DNA of 11,838 nt from a virus (lineage: Duplodnaviria; Heunggongvirae; Uroviricota; Caudoviricetes), in IMG/VR virus record IMGVR_UViG_3300000059_000035, positions 1 through 11,838 of that record, one strand, 5' to 3'. A program made the translations under genes and the position numbers. Shown here one piece after another: positions 8,095 through 11,838 of this stretch. The notes beneath the pieces are model-generated. The model saw nothing but the letters and a program-made list of their open reading frames with translations, was not told the DNA's origin and did not search any database. The number at the start of each line of letters is the position of its first letter. Within the stretch, counting starts at the first letter, position 1.

Positions 8095-8104
8095 GTGTTA
8101 GAAA
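8095..8104 (+). promoter_or_regulatory. Copy of the GTGTTAGAAA motif
   Basis: Exact 10-mer; AT-rich flanks. Confidence 0.4.
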
Positions 8105-8246
8105 GTAAATTTTAAGGTAAGGGAAAGCTCCGGCACCGTGCAAATACATGCCCGGCAGGTTTAGTGCGTAAAGTGGTTTCAGCGAGAGCATTTTACGGAG
8201 TAAACGACAGTGACTTGAGCCACGGAAGGTCTTTTTAAGGTGTTCA

Positions 8247-8274
8247 TTGATGATGATCTGGCAGTGAGTATGTT
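8247..8274 (+). promoter_or_regulatory. Candidate promoter (-35 TTGATG, 16-bp spacer, -10 TATGTT) upstream of the small ORF at 8338
   Basis: Same -10 hexamer (TATGTT) and spacer length as the 6677-6704 candidate. Confidence 0.35.
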
Positions 8275-8337
8275 AAGTGGGCCAGGCTGCATCGGGTCAT
8301 CATCAGTGCACATCCTCAACGTTAAGGAGGCGCAGAG

Positions 8338-8529
8338 TTGGGTTTTCCTCTTATTTTGCTGACTCTGAGTCTCCTTAACGTTGCGGTAATGCACCTATGC
8401 GGATGTGGCCTTGCATTGTGTTTTGAAAGAATGGGGGTAAGGCCGGGGATATCCCCAGGGGGAGGCACCCCCGCTGCAACGAACAGCCATAGACGGCAGT
8501 CGAGTGATGAAAACGTGAAAAGACTTTAA
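8338..8529 (+). CDS. Small protein (63 aa) with a hydrophobic N-terminal half; candidate membrane peptide
   Basis: Strong SD AAGGAGG at 8324-8330, 7 nt before TTG 8338; N-terminus GFPLILLTLSLLNVAVMHLCGCGLALCF is hydrophobic, C-terminus polar. Non-ATG start and short length keep confidence low. Confidence 0.35.
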   Translation: MGFPLILLTLSLLNVAVMHLCGCGLALCFERMGVRPGISPGGGTPAATNSHRRQSSDENVKRL

Positions 8530-8606
8530 ACCTCGTTACGGCTGGCGTGGCAAACGCGACAACCGGGATAGGACGGTGACGGGCGGAGAGAGAGCCGCTT
8601 CAAGAT

Positions 8607-8673
8607 AAAAGCCGACTATGGATTCCTTTCTGCGGGCCTTTGAAAGTGAATCTTGCTCAGGCAGTCGGCTTTT
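8607..8673. repeat. Long-stem inverted repeat (perfect 11-bp stem, 45-nt interior), tRNA-sized (67 nt)
   Basis: AAAAGCCGACT (8607-8617) pairs with AGTCGGCTTTT (8663-8673). Confidence 0.45.
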
Positions 8674-8803
8674 ATGTTGATACGTAGCGATAACCGCGAC
8701 AGGCGCGGCGGTAAGTATGGCGGGGTTATTCCTTCCCCGTTGAGGACACCGAGTTGCCAGGTTGACCATACGCCTAAGTGGCAATACCGCGAGTGGGATA
8801 TTT

Positions 8804-8828
8804 GCCCACCTTCGGGTGGGTGTTTTTT
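8804..8828 (+). terminator. Rho-independent terminator
   Basis: Stem CCCACC (8805-8810) / GGTGGG (8815-8820), loop TTCG, followed by TGTTTTTT. Confidence 0.8.
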
Positions 8829-9012
8829 CAGTGTTTTCGTCATGGTTAGCGACTTTGCGGCGGTTTAGAACCCGACCATTAAAGTAAATGCAAACGATGA
8901 TCTGATGATGGTAGCGGCCTAAGAAGCCTGACGCCACGGGGTATGAGTCGTCCCCCGTCAAAAAATCGACCGCAGAGTGTCCCCGTCTGTGTATTAGGGA
9001 ACGGGGAGGCAT

Positions 9013-9089
9013 AACAGGCAAGGGCGCTGGTGTGATTAACCAGATGAATGAGAAGGGGCAGGTCTTTCTGGTCAGCGCCCTTACCTGTT
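9013..9089. repeat. Long-stem inverted repeat (17-bp stem with 1 mismatch, 43-nt interior), tRNA-sized (77 nt)
   Basis: AACAGGCAAGGGCGCTG (9013-9029) pairs with CAGCGCCCTTACCTGTT (9073-9089). Confidence 0.45.
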
Positions 9090-9288
9090 GCGTCCTTCCC
9101 GCGTAACAGCCATTGGTTAATGGCTTTCTGGATAATGTCTTGTAACGGGTATATCCCGTCATGCTGAAGGCGCTAATCACGCTGGAAGCCAGGGTTATGC
9201 ATCCCCTGTTACCGAATTGCAGCCAGGGCGCGGTGCGCCGAAAAGCATACGGAGGTGGAAGCCCTCGCCGGAGACGTACCCGGCAAGT

Positions 9289-9365
9289 GATGGTGTAGCT
9301 CAGTAGGATAGAGCAGCAGCCTTCTAAGCTGTCGGTCGGTGGTTCGAATCCACCCACCATCGCCA
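9289..9365 (+). tRNA. tRNA-Arg (anticodon TCT)
   Basis: Cloverleaf read by hand: acceptor GATGGTG/CACCATC, D-arm GCTC-AGTAGGATA-GAGC, anticodon stem GCAGC/GCTGT with loop CTTCTAA, T-arm GGTGG-TTCGAAT-CCACC, discriminator G, encoded CCA. D-arm and anticodon loop resemble E. coli argU as I recall it. Confidence 0.9.
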
Positions 9366-9370
9366 ATTTA

Positions 9371-9457
9371 GGGGAGTTAGTCCGTAGGGGTAGCGGGGTA
9401 GACTGTAAATCTACTGTCATTGCGACTCGGATGGTTCGACTCCATCACTCCCCACCA
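9371..9457 (+). tRNA. tRNA-Tyr (anticodon GTA), type II with long variable arm
   Basis: Acceptor GGGGAGT/ACTCCCC, anticodon stem GTAGA/TCTAC with loop CTGTAAA, long variable arm TGTCATTGCGACTCG (similar to E. coli tyrT as I recall it), T-arm GATGG-TTCGACT-CCATC, encoded CCA. D-arm pairing is imperfect as drawn by hand. Confidence 0.8.
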
Positions 9458-9461
9458 AATT

Positions 9462-9537
9462 GCCGGTTTAGCTCAGTTGGTAGAGCAGTCGCTTTGTAAG
9501 CGAATGGCCAGCGGTTCAAGTCCGTTAACCGGCACCA
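9462..9537 (+). tRNA. tRNA-Thr (anticodon TGT)
   Basis: Acceptor GCCGGTT/AACCGGC, D-arm GCTC-AGTTGGTA-GAGC, anticodon stem GTCGC/GCGAA with loop TTTGTAA, T-arm AGCGG-TTCAAGT-CCGTT, discriminator A, encoded CCA. Confidence 0.9.
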
Positions 9538-9545
9538 ACACAACA

Positions 9546-9619
9546 GGTAAGGGTATTTTGCGACGTCGGAGATCGCCGTGCTTGGCAGAGGGTTCGAATC
9601 CCTACGAAGTACCCTTACC
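9546..9619 (+). other. tRNA-like remnant or tRNA-sized hairpin (74 nt) directly after the tRNA array; not a canonical tRNA
   Basis: Perfect 10-bp terminal stem GGTAAGGGTA (9546-9555) / TACCCTTACC (9610-9619) enclosing a T-arm-like hairpin AGGG-TTCGAAT-CCCT (9589-9603). Nine extra nt lie between the T-stem and the 3' acceptor strand, and no D-arm or anticodon arm can be drawn. Confidence 0.35.
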
Positions 9620-9767
9620 GTTGTGGTGAATGCGCAGGCTGATGCGCGAAAGACATTGCAGCTATTGCGGAAAAGAGCTGTTCGGCGGGGCAATTAAACG
9701 CCCGTGAGAGTCTGAAATAACCGCAAGCCGGAGATCAGCACCGGTCACCACAACAGCCACTGCTTTG

Positions 9768-9813
9768 GCGGTACCAGTTTGTACACTTGCTTCCGGCTGG
9801 TACCGCTCTTTTT
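9768..9813 (+). terminator. Rho-independent terminator (10-bp stem, 19-nt loop, U-tract)
   Basis: GCGGTACCAG (9768-9777) / CTGGTACCGC (9797-9806) followed by TCTTTTT (9807-9813). Confidence 0.7.
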
Positions 9814-9814
9814 A

Positions 9815-9901
9815 CAAAACAGAGAAGAGCATCACCGGACGACGGGCTCATAACCCAATCCATCCGGGCGGCNGNCACCGCAGGTGTTCTTCTCTGTTTT
9901 G
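9815..9901. repeat. Long-stem inverted repeat (16-bp stem with 1 mismatch, ~55-nt interior) in the leader upstream of the yfdP-like gene
   Basis: CAAAACAGAGAAGAGC (9815-9830) pairs with GTTCTTCTCTGTTTTG (9886-9901); interior contains two N bases (9873, 9875). Confidence 0.4.
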
Positions 9902-9950
9902 TGGAGAAACCAACCGACCTTGCAGGGTCGATATGATNAGGAGCAGCAAA

Positions 9951-10313
9951 ATGGCTAGCGAACGCAGTACTGATGTGCAGGCATTTATCGGGGAGCTGGA
10001 CGGCGGCGTATTTGAAACCAAAATCGGCGCAGTTCTCAGTGAAGTCGCTTCCGGTGTGATGAACACGAAAACCAAAGGTAAGGTCTCACTCAACCTGGAA
10101 ATCGAACCATTTGATGAGAACCGTGTGAAAATCAAACACAAACTCTCATATGTTCGCCCGACTAACCGCGGGAAAATTTCCGAAGAAGACACCACCGAAA
10201 CGCCGATGTATGTCAATCGCGGTGGTCGCCTGACTATTCTGCAGGAAGACCAGGGACAATTACTGACTCTTGCCGGTGAACCTGACGGAAAACTCCGCGC
10301 AGCAGGTCATTAA
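9951..10313 (+). CDS. yfdP: YfdP-like phage protein, 120 aa
   Basis: ATG 9951 preceded by AGGAG (9939-9943, next to an N at 9938); stop TAA 10311-10313. The 120-aa length and its position directly upstream of yfdQ/yfdR-like genes match the CPS-53 arrangement as I recall it. The longer ORF in the track (from 9765) crosses a terminator and N bases, so I reject the extension. Confidence 0.7.
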   Translation: MASERSTDVQAFIGELDGGVFETKIGAVLSEVASGVMNTKTKGKVSLNLEIEPFDENRVKIKHKLSYVRPTNRGKISEEDTTETPMYVNRGGRLTILQEDQGQLLTLAGEPDGKLRAAGH

Positions 10314-10378
10314 TATCGTTCTTAATTAACTGATTATTTATCTCATCACTGAATATCTTTATATAGTGAGGACTTATT

Positions 10379-11203
10379 ATGTCTCAGAACTTAGACGCAA
10401 CCGCAATTAATCAAATCCATGCCCTTATTTCTGCTCAGGGTGTTAATGAAATTATCAGTAAGATTGGTGCCGATGCTGTGGCATTGCCTGAGAATTTCCG
10501 CATTCATGATCTGGAAAAATTTAATTTAAATCGCTTCCGTTTCCGTGGTGCGCTTTCCACTGCCAGCATCGATGACTTTACCCGTTATTCTAAAGATCTT
10601 GCAGATGAAGGCACCCGCTGCTTTATCGATGCCGATAATATGCGTGCCGTCAGTGTGCTTAACCTGGGTACTATTGATGAACCAGGTCACGCAGATAACA
10701 CCGCCACTCTCAAACTGAAAAAGACAGCACCGTTCTCTGCNCTGTTGTCTGTTAANGGCGAGCGTAACTCCCAGAANTCACTGGCAGAATGGATTGAAGA
10801 CTGGGCCGACTACCTTGTGGGCTTTGATGCTAATGGTGACGCCATTCAGGCAACCAAAGCGGCGGCGGCTATCCGTAAAATCACAATTGAAGCGAACCAG
10901 ACCGCTGATTTTGAAGATAATGACTTCAGCGGCAAACGCTCCCTGATGGAGTCTGTCGAAGCGAAGACCAAAGACATTATGCCAGTGGCATTTGAATTTA
11001 AATGCATTCCGTTTGAAGGTCTGAAAGAACGTCCGTTTAAATTACGCCTCAGCATTATCACTGGCGATCGTCCGGTACTGGTTCTGCGCATTATTCAGCT
11101 GGAGGCGGTGCAGGAAGAAATGGCTAACGAATTTCGTGATCTGCTTGTTGAGAAATTCAAAGACAGCAAAGTAGAAACCTTTATTGGTACTTTCACCGCC
11201 TGA
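10379..11203 (+). CDS. yfdQ: YfdQ-like protein (DUF2303 family), 274 aa
   Basis: ATG with SD GAGGA at 10368-10372; 274 aa as in E. coli YfdQ; three codons contain N (10741, 10756, 10777). Stop TGA 11201-11203. Confidence 0.75.
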
Positions 11204-11215
11204 TTTCATTACTGC

Positions 11216-11237
11216 AAATGCCCCTGCGGGGGCATTT
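11216..11237 (+). terminator. Terminator-like hairpin (9-bp stem AAATGCCCC/GGGGCATTT, loop TGCG) with weak U-tract
   Basis: Perfect inverted repeat immediately after the yfdQ stop; followed by ATGG rather than a clean T-run, so it may be an attenuator or partial terminator. Confidence 0.5.
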
Positions 11238-11329
11238 ATGGAAACGTAATTACTCAATAATCGCCGGATGGTGAGGGCTTCCTTTTACCAGAATTCAGCG
11301 CGGTGCAGCGCATATACGTGGAGAACAAA

Positions 11330-11838
11330 ATGTCATTTATTAAAACTTTTTCCGGGAAGCATTTTTATTATGACAGGATAAATAAAGACGACATCGATAT
11401 TAACGATATCGCGGTTTCCCTTTCAAATATCTGTCGCTTTGCCGGTCATCTTTCGCACTTCTACAGCGTCGCCCAACATGCGGTTCTTTGCAGCCAGCTG
11501 GTGCCGCAGGAATTTGCTTTTGAAGCGTTAATGCATGATGCAACAGAAGCGTATTGCCAGGACATTCCCGCACCACTGAAACGCCTTCTTCCTGACTATA
11601 AACGGATGGAAGAAAAAATAGACGCCGTAATCCGTGAGAAATACGGGTTACCTCCTGTTATGAGCACGCCAGTGAAATATGCCGATCTCATCATGCTGGC
11701 AACCGAACGCCGCGATCTCGGGCTTGATGATGGCTCTTTCTGGCCTGTACTGGAAGGCATCCCGGCAACAGAGATGTTCAACGTGATTCCACTGGCACCG
11801 GGTCATGCCTACGGGATGTTTATGGAACGTTTTAACGA
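11330..11838 (+). CDS. yfdR: YfdR-like HD-domain phosphohydrolase (5'-deoxynucleotidase family), 3'-truncated by the window end
   Basis: ATG 11330 with GGAG 8 nt upstream; HD-domain signature residues visible (FAGHLSHF ... ALMHDATEAY); ORF still open at position 11838. Confidence 0.8.
   Translation, partial: MSFIKTFSGKHFYYDRINKDDIDINDIAVSLSNICRFAGHLSHFYSVAQHAVLCSQLVPQEFAFEALMHDATEAYCQDIPAPLKRLLPDYKRMEEKIDAVIREKYGLPPVMSTPVKYADLIMLATERRDLGLDDGSFWPVLEGIPATEMFNVIPLAPGHAYGMFMERFN

Noticed and set aside
8445-8456. GGGGATATCCCC 12-bp perfect palindrome as a regulatory site
   Set aside because: Isolated, single copy, and located inside the candidate small ORF; no supporting context.
7977-9288. CRISPR array
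   Set aside because: No series of regularly spaced identical direct repeats; the repeated signals are inverted repeats and dispersed short motifs.
7977-9288. Retron (msr/msd) or integrase-associated attP
   Set aside because: No reverse transcriptase or integrase ORF in the window; inverted repeats alone are insufficient. The att-site idea is kept only as a low-confidence alternative for the tRNA-like element.
9289-9365. Upstream promoter for the tRNA cluster
   Set aside because: I could not find a convincing -35/-10 pair with proper spacing within about 150 nt upstream by eye; the tRNAs may be transcribed from further upstream.
8536-9420. 294-aa - strand ORF
   Set aside because: Overlaps tRNA-Arg and tRNA-Tyr and the structured non-coding region; translation is R/P-rich and low-complexity; no SD. 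Judged non-coding.
9546-9619. A fourth canonical tRNA gene
   Set aside because: Acceptor-like stem and T-arm are present, but 9 extra nt separate them and no D-arm or anticodon arm can be drawn; kept only as a tRNA-like remnant.
9420-9693. ORFs 9420-9629 (+) and 9445-9693 (-)
   Set aside because: Both are made of tRNA-Tyr/tRNA-Thr sequence and the tRNA-like element; tRNA genes explain the region.
9765-9950. N-terminal extension of the yfdP-like ORF listed in the track (start at 9765)
   Set aside because: The extension runs through an intrinsic terminator hairpin and a second long hairpin, contains N-derived X residues and has no SD; the ATG at 9951 has an AGGAG SD and gives the 120-aa length.

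Overview
This 11.8-kb window reads like part of an enterobacterial bacteriophage, prophage or phage-plasmid genome; every gene I can support is on the + strand. Left to right: (1) the 3' 4.7 kb of a giant gene (at least 1578 codons in-window, 5' end outside the window) with an SF2 DEGH-box helicase core and a long C-terminal region of unknown function; (2) two small translationally coupled genes (144 and 86 aa); (3) a VRR-NUC (PD-(D/E)xK) nuclease gene and two small ORFs, closed by an intrinsic terminator; (4) a self-contained cassette for a 402-aa coiled-coil protein with its own promoter; (5) about 1.3 kb of mostly non-coding, highly structured DNA with one SD-led small hydrophobic ORF, an intrinsic terminator and several tRNA-sized long-stem inverted repeats; (6) a tight tRNA cluster Arg(TCT)-Tyr(GTA)-Thr(TGT) plus a tRNA-like remnant; (7) yfdP/yfdQ/yfdR-like phage early-region genes, the last cut by the window end. 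The most unusual signals are a recurring GTTAGAAA(ACTA) motif (6 direct copies and 1 inverted, one pair forming a palindrome), a Shine-Dalgarno/hairpin/ATG arrangement at the 144-aa gene, and the family of tRNA-sized hairpins around the tRNA genes. No single known defence or anti-defence system could be identified; the best candidates for something new are the giant-helicase/VRR-NUC module and the coiled-coil cassette. All calls come from motifs read by eye; no database search or folding program was run. Ambiguous bases (N) occur at 9873, 9875, 9938, 10741, 10756 and 10777.
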